NCBI GenBank assembly: GCA_011523055.1
Contig: WTHQ01000020.1
Location: 80,114 to 144,113, forward strand
Direction of reading: 5' to 3'
DNA length: 64,000 nucleotides
Source: Methanobacteriota archaeon
Lineage (GTDB): Archaea > Thermoplasmatota > Poseidoniia > Poseidoniales > Thalassarchaeaceae
Part shown: positions 36,264 to 46,127 of the stretch, one piece after another
How the letters are laid out: each line of letters opens with the position of its first letter
Numbering within the stretch: the stretch's first letter is position 1
Made by a program: the position numbers and the translations under genes
The notes under the pieces: model-generated
What the model saw: only the letters and a program-made list of their open reading frames with translations
Told to the model about the DNA's origin: nothing
The model's database searches: none

Positions 36264-39200
36264 TCACTTCTTGTTCAAGTTGGCATAATAGTCCTTGGCA
36301 TATTGCCTTGCGTAGTCCTCTGGGTATCCTTGGCCGACCATTTGTTGGACGTAAGCTTCCACAGGATCCAGATCTTGGACCCCTTGGAATGACTGAATTT
36401 CGTCGCTGATCGCGCTCTTTCCTCTGCCCCTCATTGCTATGGTGACTCCTGCAATTGCTAGTATTAGCAGAAGGCCGCCCACGATTGGAATCACGAGGCC
36501 GATGCCCTGTCCCTCCGAGTCACAGCCGGCTGCGGATGGGTCCCTCACACATGGGTCGTTGCTCCTCTTGAGCAAGTAAATGTCCTCACTCGTTGTGGTC
36601 GTGTATCTCAGCCCATCCCCCTCGATAACACGTATGTACACCGTGGATAGGACCCCTTCGCTCTCTGAGTACAGGTCCGAGATGTCCAGGGTGATCGAGA
36701 ACGTTGATCCATCGCCTAATAGGCCAGTTTCGTTGTACTTGCCGATTTGCTTCTGTGTAGCCTTGGGCGTTGGGGATAGGTCCAGTATCAAGGCGTCCGC
36801 AAGCGCAACTTGTATTCTGACGTCTGAGTTCTCAGCCCCTGACACCACAGACCCGCTGATGGTGACTCGATCCTCTGTCTGTGAGTCATTCGGCTTCGGG
36901 GAGCTGAAGGTCACGACTGGTGGTTCGTCACCGAAATCCTCGCCTACCACAACGAAGTACATCCTCGCCTTGGGGGATGACTTCCCTGCCTTGTCGTAGA
37001 CAATCAGTTCCAGCCTGATCTGGTTCTCAAGGGTGCCGTCGCTCGTGATGTTCCTGAAGGTGTAGCTGAATGCGTCTCCGCCGGCAGTTGCGGGAATATC
37101 GAAGACATGGCCATCGAGGCTTGGTTGGGACGTGACTGGATAGTCGAAGTAGACTCTCCAGGAGTACATCTGAATGCCACTCTCTCCCTCGGGCGCATCG
37201 GCATCGCTGCTCTCTGCTCCTGAGAAAGACAGGGTTATGTCCCCAGTTGGGGTTTGTCGGACCCTGTAAACATCCCATTCTGTTCCTGCGACTGTCTTTG
37301 TACCGTCCTCTGACACGAACTCGTCAGTCAGGGAGTCCTCAACGAGGTCGATTGATGCTGTGGGGTCTGATTCATCAGCGAGTGTGTCATTGGTGATGAG
37401 TCGGACGTATGTCATCCTGGTGTGGCCCTCAGCGTCATGGAGATAGAGGGTCAACAGCCACTCGGCGCCGATAAAGCAGCCTGTGGAGGACAATGTGCTC
37501 TCGACGCAGAAGGACCCCAGGGTGGGTATCTCCGCTGAGGTCTGTGAGACGTGAGAGAACTCACCGGGATCGACTATCTCGTTGTTCCAACCGGTTACAG
37601 AGCCCTCCCCACCAGGTTCGAGTGTCCAGTCTGCGATGAGATCCGAAACGTCCGAGACATAACTGAACTGCAGTTCCGAGTTGGATTTGATGTAGACGGT
37701 GTTGTACGCCTTCGTTACAGTGTTGATCGAGGGGGAGATTCCGTTGATCGTGAGGTCGAACGTGTCGCCCGCAATTCCAAAGTCCATGGGGTATGGCGTG
37801 ACCGAGTACCCGAGCATGTTCGATAGAAGTGGCATTGTCTGCCCCCCATACGGCTCGGAGAAGCTTGGGTTCTCAACGTCCATCGTTGTGACAATCATGC
37901 CCCCGTTGCCTCTATTGCATAGGCTCAGGAGGGACTGTGAACCATATTCGACGCTTCCAAGGAGGCTGTGGAATGTGCCTAGCGGATCTGATATCCTGCC
38001 CCCGCATGCAGATGGGATCTGGTTGGGAAGGACCTGTGAGATGTCCAAGCCCGACATAGCAACATATTGTCCGCCATGCACGCCCTGCAGCGCAGTCAGG
38101 TCGACGCCCCCTAGGAGGGGGTGGTATCGGTCGATTACCCGCACGTCGTCATAGTCGAACCTTATCGAGGAGTTCGCGGGGTTTCTCTCCTGTATGTCCA
38201 TTCCGAACGGTAGGTTGTCGGGGACGTAGTCGTTCCTGTAAGGGCCAAGATGGACTTGGAGCGTGCCCCCGTTTACCATGAAGTCGTCAAGGACGTCTAT
38301 CACAGAGAGGCCGCTGGCTCGAACCTCGCTGAGCTTCTGGTAGTAGTCGCCGTAGGCAGCGTTGTAGTCGGTCTGCCATGGGAGCAGTACCTTCTGGTAG
38401 ACTCCTGTCCAATCCTCGGTGACGTAGGACTCCCATTCACTGGTTCTGAACTGGGTGTAAGTCATCCCCATTGCCTCTAGGTCGGATTTTACCCTCTGCA
38501 GCCGGTTCTGGTCGGTTGGGTTTGAGAGTATGGCTACGTCAATCTCGTCCATGAACGTGATTTCGAAGTATCTCTTGTTTCCGTTCTCTGAGCCGTCTGA
38601 TACCAACTGGGCCCCCCAACTCAGGTTGTAGGCCCTTCCGGGTTCCCAGGAATTGAACATTCCAGTGGACCCCACAAGGGCATTGCTACCGAGTGTCCAG
38701 TTTGCGAAGGATCTCTGGTGCGGGACCAGGTCGAAGGGTCCGTTGTCTGCTGTTGCCTGCCAGACCATCTGTCCCGTGGTCGTGTCGACGATTGACATGG
38801 TTACTTCATACACGCCTTCGATGACTCCGTTGAGGATAGGCAGTGAGAATGTGTGTGCCGTGGTGGAGCTGATTGGGTAGACGCACTCGTAGGTCACATC
38901 TCCGACGCAGTCCAGAACGTTTGGCTGCAGCAATGTGATTTCTGCGCTATCGATGCTGAACTGGACCTTTGAGAAGTTATTGCTGGGGTTGACTTCCTCT
39001 GCGAGGTACCATTTCTGGGCTGGGTCGTTGTTATCGAAGATAGTCCGCACATCGATCCTGTACAGCCCGGAGTCGAAGTTGTGGTTCCCTAGGCTCACGA
39101 TCTGACTTTGCTGGGAGTCCAGGCCGGTCACATCTGCGCTGTAGCTGCCATCGTCCTCGAATGTGAATTCCTCGAATCGAATGTTGTCTATGGCAAAGCC

Positions 39201-42200
39201 AGCCAGGCCCGCGTTGCCGTTTACACCATCCCCGTTGGATATGAATCTCCAAGTCAGGGTTACATCGGAGCCCCTCAGTGACGTGCATTCGTCCCTCCAG
39301 AACGCTGGCTCGTCGGATGTCCTGTTCTCCAAGATTATGTGAGTGAGGTCCAAGACCACTGACTTGACGATCTGTTCAGAGTCGAACCATGTGTAGTACC
39401 CTCGGTCTCCAAAGTCGCCAAAGTACTCAGCTTCATCGTAGTTTCCATCGTTGTCGAAGTCTTCGCATGCATGGAATTGGGGGTCCTCGGGGTTGGTCCT
39501 TTGGATGCCATTCTCATTGAGGTCTACCCATGAGCCTTGCACCAGGCCGTTGTATGACTGTCCGTTCTTCGTCCACTCTATGAACAGAGCCGCTTGGTCT
39601 CTAATTGCCTGGATATTCCCAAACTGGTCCACTAGGTAGTCGCCCTCGGCGTAGTAGTCCCAGGACACGTAGGTATAGTCGGAGTCGGTCTGACCGACTC
39701 CGACAGGCCCGACTGACATCGGTTCATTCCAATTGTCTCCATAACCGACATCCGGGTCTCCGAGCCAGTATGCGTAGTTCTTGAAGACCCCTTGGTTTTG
39801 TGGGAGAACCTGGTTTGAGGTGGTCGAATCGTCCAGCCTGCTTCCATTTTCGTTCCCGTCATCTGACCATATCGGGTTGACTCCCGAGAAGTCCTCGATG
39901 GCAGTTAGGTCGGGAAGTGCATTGAATATCTCTGCCTCCGTAGTCCAATTGGTGATGGTGTTGCCGAAGTTCTGTACCCTGATGTCTATCGGGTATTCCG
40001 CCGATGCATAACGAACCCCGGGCTCGAAGTCGATGAATGGATCAGCCGCCAGCCCTGGATCATAGAGGTTCTTGACGGTGGTCTGGAACTTCAAAGCGTC
40101 GTTTATTGGGTCCTGGTCGGTGAAGCCATTGAAGTTGGTCAGAGCGGCGCTGATGTAGTACGTGGTGTCGTCCAAAAAGTCCGCCGAGAGTGTGATCTCC
40201 CTCTCCTCTCCGGCCGCGAGTGGTTGGAAGCTCACCTGCTGGGTGACTGATTGCTCCAATCCGAAGACGGTGTTCCTTTTTCGGATTGTGATGTTGTCGA
40301 ACGCGAATCCGTCTAGGCCCGTGTCGTAGGAGGTGTCCGTTGTCCCGACTGACCCGTAGAGGCCGCTTCTGAATCGGAACCTTAGGTCAATTACCTCTCC
40401 GGCATATGGCGTGAGGTCAATGGACTCTTCAGTGTTCAGGTTCTCATCATCGGTGCCACCCTCTGAGTAGTTGGTCCAATCGGTTATGTATTGGGGGTAA
40501 ATGGCGAAGTTTTTGATTTCCAGCTCGGGGTCTTGGTTCAGTTGTAGGAGGTTGAAGTATCGATCGAGGTCATACCCCCCCTGGAACCAAACGCTTTCCC
40601 ATCCACGGCCCTCTGAGAATGCCTCGATTCCACAGGAGTCCTCGTAGAGCCACCTCTCTTGTACGACGTAGGGTTCCGCTAGGAAGAGGTTCGTGAAGGC
40701 AACGCTGCAAAGTATGGAGACGTCGAGGAACGCAGCGTCGGCTCCAGTGAGGTCAACACCCTGCAGTATGAACGCCTCGTCCATGTTGTTAAAGTACCCT
40801 GAGTTGTTCTCTGCAGTACCGTTGTAGTCGAGCCCTGCCCACATGTAGGTCGTTGGGTTGTGGTCGGCCTCATAGGTCGAGACGTTTTCCGAGGCGGCGG
40901 TGGAATTGGTTTCGGCATGCCAGGATGTCCCTGGAGCGAAGTCAGAGGTGTATGACGCCCCCACCCAATTGCACGCAGAGCAATTCGTGTTGTCGATGTT
41001 GCCATCGAAGTCGTTCGAGTAGACTACCGTGTCGACTCCGCCAGCGACCTCTTTCACCGAGAGGTCGAGGTCTACTGAACCACTGACTGGGTTCAACCCT
41101 GTGTTCATCAGTGTGACATTGACAAATCGTGTCCCCTCGCCGAGTTGGGCGTTTCCAGTCGCAGGATCTGTGGAGGCAGGGGCGATGGTCAAGCCATCGA
41201 TCGCGACGTCCTGATTGTCGAGGGTCAGGACAGATAGGAAATCCCCTGCCCCTGGCCAACCTAGGCTATCCATCCACATGGCGCCACTCCCGAACCGGTA
41301 GGAGTAGTCCCTCTGTCCGATTATGATCTCCTGAGCGGTTGTGTCGTCCCCCTTGAGTTGCGCTGGTTCAGCGACGGTTGGCCTTCTTCCGACATCGAAT
41401 GATATCGGAGATAGGTACCCTGTGCCCTGCCCGTTAGACAGAATGATCTCGACGCTGTTCAATTCTCTCAGATTCTCGACTGTCGTGTATGTCTGGTTCC
41501 TGGAGGATGAGTCCTGTAGTCTCGTTAGCGTCAGCTCCGTGGGTATGAAGAAATCCATGTTGCCATCTCCGTTGACATCGGAGATTGTGATGGAGGCGCC
41601 CTTGTAATTGCCAAGGGCGATATAATTCCTGGTGTCCCAGTTTGAACCCACTGAAGATCGGGTTGCGTAGCTGATTCTGCCTTCGATCCCATCAACTGCT
41701 GCGACCATGTCAACGATGCCATCGTCATCCGTATCCTCCACATCGATCTGCAGTTCGTACCCATGCTCGGCATCTAGGGTGAAGTCGTGGACGGCGGCAG
41801 CGGCGGATCCCCCGACGTTCGGATCAGCATACAGTCCTGTGACGCAATCGAACTCGAGCACTGTCATGTTATCGTAGTTGCCAACGGAGTAGCCGGCACC
41901 TGGATTGAACCTCGGGGTTCTCAGGACCCAGAGATCGAGATCCTCGCACTCACCGGGCAGGGTCTGTCCAGTGAATGGGTCCTGTGCCAAATCCTCGCCC
42001 CACTGGCCTAGTTCTATGTAGCTGTAGTGGCCATAGGTCGGGGCGGGAACCAGGATGGTCTGGTCTGCCTGAGGCCCGGGATCTGGCCCCTTGAAGACCT
42101 CGAGATAGGTCTGGCCGCCATCCGGGGTCATGGTTGCTAGAACGATATCGTCATCCCCATCGTCATCGATGTCGCCGATATCCATCCCTTGGCTGAACGG

Positions 42201-42683
42201 ATGAGAAGGTATCTCGATGATATCGCGGTCCCATTGGTGTGTATTCTTGTTGCACTCCCCCCACATAACCGTTAGGTTGGCGGGCCTGACGAAGGTCTCT
42301 CCAACGAATCTGACGTTCTCTTGGAAGTATACGATGTCTGGCATTTGGTCCCCGTCTATGTCTGCAATCTGGATTTGTTGGCTGTTGGCGGTTTGGAAGA
42401 TGTTTTGACGTTGTGAGTCGCCTACTCCGCCTGCGATGAATATGTCCTGCCTGTCAGGGAAGCCTCCTTGACCGTCATTGAACATTGAAGTGAGGTAGAA
42501 GCCCATGCTGCTGGACGCAACGATGTCATTGTCCCCGTCGCAGTCCAGGTCCCCTGTGTCGACATAGTGTGGGTCCCGCTGGACAGCATACTGCGTGATC
42601 TGTGAGGCACTGGCAGCTGGCACAAGGCTCAGCATGGTCATAGACACCATCATGGTCACAAGGGTGATTGCCTTGAACCTCAT
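36264..42683 (-). CDS. Giant (about 2140 aa) surface adhesin-like protein with FG-GAP/VCBS repeats, signal peptide and C-terminal TM anchor
   Basis: Signal MRFKAITLVTMMVSMTMLSLVPAASAS. Ca-binding FG-GAP-like repeats DLDCDGDNDIV, DIDGDQMPDIV, DIGDIDDDGDDDIV, DVNGDGNMDFF. C-terminal TM GLVIPIVGGLLLILAIAGVTIAM plus cytoplasmic tail. The ORF opens at 42809 but the signal peptide dictates start 42683. Confidence 0.8.
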   Translation of the reverse strand: MRFKAITLVTMMVSMTMLSLVPAASASQITQYAVQRDPHYVDTGDLDCDGDNDIVASSSMGFYLTSMFNDGQGGFPDRQDIFIAGGVGDSQRQNIFQTANSQQIQIADIDGDQMPDIVYFQENVRFVGETFVRPANLTVMWGECNKNTHQWDRDIIEIPSHPFSQGMDIGDIDDDGDDDIVLATMTPDGGQTYLEVFKGPDPGPQADQTILVPAPTYGHYSYIELGQWGEDLAQDPFTGQTLPGECEDLDLWVLRTPRFNPGAGYSVGNYDNMTVLEFDCVTGLYADPNVGGSAAAAVHDFTLDAEHGYELQIDVEDTDDDGIVDMVAAVDGIEGRISYATRSSVGSNWDTRNYIALGNYKGASITISDVNGDGNMDFFIPTELTLTRLQDSSSRNQTYTTVENLRELNSVEIILSNGQGTGYLSPISFDVGRRPTVAEPAQLKGDDTTAQEIIIGQRDYSYRFGSGAMWMDSLGWPGAGDFLSVLTLDNQDVAIDGLTIAPASTDPATGNAQLGEGTRFVNVTLMNTGLNPVSGSVDLDLSVKEVAGGVDTVVYSNDFDGNIDNTNCSACNWVGASYTSDFAPGTSWHAETNSTAASENVSTYEADHNPTTYMWAGLDYNGTAENNSGYFNNMDEAFILQGVDLTGADAAFLDVSILCSVAFTNLFLAEPYVVQERWLYEDSCGIEAFSEGRGWESVWFQGGYDLDRYFNLLQLNQDPELEIKNFAIYPQYITDWTNYSEGGTDDENLNTEESIDLTPYAGEVIDLRFRFRSGLYGSVGTTDTSYDTGLDGFAFDNITIRKRNTVFGLEQSVTQQVSFQPLAAGEEREITLSADFLDDTTYYISAALTNFNGFTDQDPINDALKFQTTVKNLYDPGLAADPFIDFEPGVRYASAEYPIDIRVQNFGNTITNWTTEAEIFNALPDLTAIEDFSGVNPIWSDDGNENGSRLDDSTTSNQVLPQNQGVFKNYAYWLGDPDVGYGDNWNEPMSVGPVGVGQTDSDYTYVSWDYYAEGDYLVDQFGNIQAIRDQAALFIEWTKNGQSYNGLVQGSWVDLNENGIQRTNPEDPQFHACEDFDNDGNYDEAEYFGDFGDRGYYTWFDSEQIVKSVVLDLTHIILENRTSDEPAFWRDECTSLRGSDVTLTWRFISNGDGVNGNAGLAGFAIDNIRFEEFTFEDDGSYSADVTGLDSQQSQIVSLGNHNFDSGLYRIDVRTIFDNNDPAQKWYLAEEVNPSNNFSKVQFSIDSAEITLLQPNVLDCVGDVTYECVYPISSTTAHTFSLPILNGVIEGVYEVTMSIVDTTTGQMVWQATADNGPFDLVPHQRSFANWTLGSNALVGSTGMFNSWEPGRAYNLSWGAQLVSDGSENGNKRYFEITFMDEIDVAILSNPTDQNRLQRVKSDLEAMGMTYTQFRTSEWESYVTEDWTGVYQKVLLPWQTDYNAAYGDYYQKLSEVRASGLSVIDVLDDFMVNGGTLQVHLGPYRNDYVPDNLPFGMDIQERNPANSSIRFDYDDVRVIDRYHPLLGGVDLTALQGVHGGQYVAMSGLDISQVLPNQIPSACGGRISDPLGTFHSLLGSVEYGSQSLLSLCNRGNGGMIVTTMDVENPSFSEPYGGQTMPLLSNMLGYSVTPYPMDFGIAGDTFDLTINGISPSINTVTKAYNTVYIKSNSELQFSYVSDVSDLIADWTLEPGGEGSVTGWNNEIVDPGEFSHVSQTSAEIPTLGSFCVESTLSSTGCFIGAEWLLTLYLHDAEGHTRMTYVRLITNDTLADESDPTASIDLVEDSLTDEFVSEDGTKTVAGTEWDVYRVRQTPTGDITLSFSGAESSDADAPEGESGIQMYSWRVYFDYPVTSQPSLDGHVFDIPATAGGDAFSYTFRNITSDGTLENQIRLELIVYDKAGKSSPKARMYFVVVGEDFGDEPPVVTFSSPKPNDSQTEDRVTISGSVVSGAENSDVRIQVALADALILDLSPTPKATQKQIGKYNETGLLGDGSTFSITLDISDLYSESEGVLSTVYIRVIEGDGLRYTTTTSEDIYLLKRSNDPCVRDPSAAGCDSEGQGIGLVIPIVGGLLLILAIAGVTIAMRGRGKSAISDEIQSFQGVQDLDPVEAYVQQMVGQGYPEDYARQYAKDYYANLNKK

Positions 42684-42784
42684 ATCTCTATTTCTCCTAG
42701 CCTGGGCTGCGCTGCGCATGGCTTGGGGGAGTAGCAATGGTCTCTTATTATTTGCCGCCGGATGGACGTTGAAACGGCCTGACG

Positions 42785-43387
42785 TCAGTCCCTGTAGACC
42801 TGTATCCAAGACGGTGAAGGTGCGTACTCGTCACCAGTATCTGTTAGGATTCTGTCCACCTTCCCTGAAGCCCATAGGCGCTTCAATGCTAGGCTAATCG
42901 CGATTTCGTCGAGCGTTGTTCTCTCAGAAAGCAAGTCAGCCAGACTCTGAGGTGACGTGGACGAGAGACCGTGCTCTGTCACAAGAATGGCCATCACAAG
43001 CCTGAGCCACTCCTCCGTGAGTGGGTCCATCGATATCGAGTCAGGGGGGATCTGTGGCTCTGGCATCTCAGAAATGAAGGTCCTGAGTTCATCCTTATCA
43101 AGGTCCGGGGGGGCCTTGGAATCGAGTTCATCAGTAGGGTCAAACGACCCTATTTCCCTGATCACCGATGGAATTTTCGAGGGATCCGGTGTTGGCCCAG
43201 GGAGAGTATATTGCTCCCCATTTCGCCCCTTTGGAGCTGATGTTCTACTCCCTGATAGTTCCATGAGCCAACCAGATTCAACGTCTAGGCCTATCTGGCC
43301 CGCGAAGTGTTTCACCCAGGCCTCAGGCCCTTCCACTACCGCTGTTATCTCGTAGCTGTCATTCCTAAAGACGAGTCTGGATTTCAA
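42785..43387 (-). CDS. Hypothetical protein, possible winged-helix C-terminal domain
   Basis: 200-aa ORF between aconitase and the giant adhesin. C-terminal SPQSLADLLSERTTLDEIAISLALKRLWASGKVDRIL is wHTH-like. Acidic/Pro-rich linker. Confidence 0.4.
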   Translation of the reverse strand: MKSRLVFRNDSYEITAVVEGPEAWVKHFAGQIGLDVESGWLMELSGSRTSAPKGRNGEQYTLPGPTPDPSKIPSVIREIGSFDPTDELDSKAPPDLDKDELRTFISEMPEPQIPPDSISMDPLTEEWLRLVMAILVTEHGLSSTSPQSLADLLSERTTLDEIAISLALKRLWASGKVDRILTDTGDEYAPSPSWIQVYRD

Positions 43388-43389
43388 TG

Positions 43390-46080
43390 CTACAACCCCT
43401 TTGCCAAGCCCCTCAGAACGGTTTGAAGGATTCCACCATTTTGAAAATATTCAACCTCAACGGGAGTGTCGAGCCTCACCTTGGCCTCGAAAGTGATTGG
43501 CTTTCCTTCCTCCTTAGTTGCAGTGATCGTGATGTTTTGGCCTGGCTTCGTGGCGAGGTTTGAAGGGATATCAAAGGATTCCGACCCATCAAGGCCTAGG
43601 ATTTCAGGGCCCTCTCCTTCAAGGAAAGTGAGGGGAAGGATGCCCATGCCCACCAAGTTGGACCTGTGGATGCGCTCGAAGGAGGTGGCGATTACTGCCT
43701 TTATGCCCAACAGGAGTGGTCCCTTCGCAGCCCAGTCCCTGCTGCTTCCAGTCCCATATTGACTCCCGGCGATCACAATGAGCGGGGTCGCCTCGGCTTT
43801 GTACCTCACACTAGCGTCAAAGACCGTTACAACCTCCTTTGATGGGATGTGTGTTGTATAGCCGCCTGTTGTGCCAGGAGCCAACTTGTTCCTGATCCTT
43901 ACATTGGCGAACGTCCCTCTCATCATGACCTCGTGGTTCCCGCGCCTGCTCCCATATGAGTTGAATTCAGCTGGACCTATCCCCTGTCGTTGAAGATACT
44001 CCCCCGCGGGGGATGATGCTGAGAACGCCCCAGCAGGGCTGATGTGATCCGTCGTAACACTGTCGCCAAGCACTAGCAGCGGACGGGCCCCGATGATTGG
44101 TCGAATGGGGGTGATTTCCTGTGGTATGTCGGTCAAGAAGGTTGGCCTTCTGACGTAGGTTGAATTTGGGTCCCAATCGTACAGCCCTGTGTCCGGTGCG
44201 GGGATCGCCTCCCACCGCGGCTCTGAAAGAACGTCTGAGTACCGCTCACGGTACATCTCTGGAGTAATTGCTTTCGCTACGACCTCTGAAATTTCTCTAT
44301 CTGATGGCCAAATGTCTGCCAGATACACCGGCTGACCACTCTTGTTTTGTCCAATTGGATCAGTGGTGAAGTCAATGTCGAGATGACCTGCGATCGCATA
44401 TGCGACGACTAATGGGGGGCTTGCGAGATAGTTCGCTTTCACTTTTGCATGGACCCTGCCTTCGAAGTTCCTGTTTCCAGAGAGTACACTAGCGACCACT
44501 AGATCCCCCGTGTCGATCGCAAGCTCCACGTCATCATCCAGGGGCCCAGAGTTTCCTATGCAGGTAGTGCATCCATAGCCCACTGTGCTGAATCCGAGCT
44601 TTGTGAGATCCTCGTCGAGGCCTGCAGCTTCAAGGTACTCCGTCACAACCCTAGAGCCTGGTGCGAGGCTCGGTTTGACCCACGGCTTGATAGAAAGGCC
44701 TGCTCTAACAGCGTTTCTTGCGAGCAAGCCTGCTCCGACCATCACAGATGGGTTGCTGGTATTCGTGCAGCTGGTTATCGCAGCGATCACCACAGACCCA
44801 TGGCTGAGAGATGATTCCCTATCGCTTAGGATTTGGGTTTTCGATGTGTCTGCAGGGTCTACCCCATGTCCAGAGTGGCCTAGTGGTGCTGTCAGTGAGT
44901 TCCTCCAATGTTCTCTCATGCCGTTTAGTTGAACCCTGTCTTGTGGTCGCTTCGGACCAGCCATTGAGGGCTCAACTGTTGACAGGTCGAGTTTCAATGA
45001 TGACGTGAATTTCGGGACAGGTGAGGTTTCCGCCCTAAACAGAGAGTTTGCCATTAGGTAGCGCCTAATGTCCTCAACCGTTGCATGGCCCCTCCCTGAA
45101 GATATCAGATAGTCCATCGTAACCTGGTCCGGAGGGAAGAATCCGCAGGTCGCGCCGTACTCCGGGGCCATATTTGCGATGGTGGCCCTATCAGGTAGGC
45201 TGAGGGAATCGAGACCCTCTCCGTAAAACTCAACGAAACGTCCAACGACCCCGTGCTGTCTAAGCATCTCTACGATTCTGAGAGCCATATCGGTAGCAGT
45301 AACACCTGGGCCCAATGTGCCAGTCAACTCCATTCCTACCACCTCAGGTAGGAGCATGTAGATTGGCTGTCCCAGCATGACTGCCTCCGCCTCAATTCCT
45401 CCGACTCCCCAGCCGAGTACCCCCAGTCCGTTGATCATCGTAGTATGGCTATCCGTGCCGACCAAAGAATCTGGTAACCAGAGGCCATTTTCCTCTCTAG
45501 CGACCGTTGCTATCCATTCAAGATTCACCTGGTGTACTATACCCCTTCCAGGGGGGACTGCCCGGAAATTTTTGAAGGAGGATTGTCCCCATTTCAGGAA
45601 TGAGTACCTCTCCATGTTCCTGTGATATTCATACTCGAGGTTGAGTTCCAGCGCATCAGGCACCAAACCAGATGCATCGACCTGTATGCTGTGGTCGATG
45701 ACGAGGTCGACGGGCACCTGGGGGTTCACCCTGTCTGGATCTCCCCCCATTTCTACCATCGAGTCCCGCATGGCGGCTATGTCAACCACTGCGGGAACGC
45801 CCGTGAAGTCTTGGAGCAGGACCCTGCTGGGCCTGTATGGTATTTCCCCCCTCTCGCAATCTGGCGCCCAAGACGCGATGTCTCTGATGTTGTCTTCATT
45901 GATCAGCCGGCCATCACACAGCCTCAATGCGGACTCTAGCAGGATTCGAATGGTGTATGGCATGTCCTGGATCCTACACAGCCCGGCTTCCTCGAGCGCC
46001 TGAATAGATGCGAAATGGGCGGTTGAGCCATCTGACTTTTCAAATTGTCTTCTAGAGTCAAACGGCAAAGTGTCGCCCAT
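43390..46080 (-). CDS. acnA: Aconitate hydratase A
   Basis: About 900-aa aconitase with typical N-terminus ...FASIQALEEAGLCRIQDMPYTIRILLES and a C-terminal swivel domain. Start taken at ATG MGDTLPFD (the ORF opens at 46131). Confidence 0.85.
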   Translation of the reverse strand: MGDTLPFDSRRQFEKSDGSTAHFASIQALEEAGLCRIQDMPYTIRILLESALRLCDGRLINEDNIRDIASWAPDCERGEIPYRPSRVLLQDFTGVPAVVDIAAMRDSMVEMGGDPDRVNPQVPVDLVIDHSIQVDASGLVPDALELNLEYEYHRNMERYSFLKWGQSSFKNFRAVPPGRGIVHQVNLEWIATVAREENGLWLPDSLVGTDSHTTMINGLGVLGWGVGGIEAEAVMLGQPIYMLLPEVVGMELTGTLGPGVTATDMALRIVEMLRQHGVVGRFVEFYGEGLDSLSLPDRATIANMAPEYGATCGFFPPDQVTMDYLISSGRGHATVEDIRRYLMANSLFRAETSPVPKFTSSLKLDLSTVEPSMAGPKRPQDRVQLNGMREHWRNSLTAPLGHSGHGVDPADTSKTQILSDRESSLSHGSVVIAAITSCTNTSNPSVMVGAGLLARNAVRAGLSIKPWVKPSLAPGSRVVTEYLEAAGLDEDLTKLGFSTVGYGCTTCIGNSGPLDDDVELAIDTGDLVVASVLSGNRNFEGRVHAKVKANYLASPPLVVAYAIAGHLDIDFTTDPIGQNKSGQPVYLADIWPSDREISEVVAKAITPEMYRERYSDVLSEPRWEAIPAPDTGLYDWDPNSTYVRRPTFLTDIPQEITPIRPIIGARPLLVLGDSVTTDHISPAGAFSASSPAGEYLQRQGIGPAEFNSYGSRRGNHEVMMRGTFANVRIRNKLAPGTTGGYTTHIPSKEVVTVFDASVRYKAEATPLIVIAGSQYGTGSSRDWAAKGPLLLGIKAVIATSFERIHRSNLVGMGILPLTFLEGEGPEILGLDGSESFDIPSNLATKPGQNITITATKEEGKPITFEAKVRLDTPVEVEYFQNGGILQTVLRGLAKGL

Positions 46081-46127
46081 CGTGGGCCCCTCCAGTGGGT
46101 GGCAATTGAAGATGCCGGGGGAATGGA

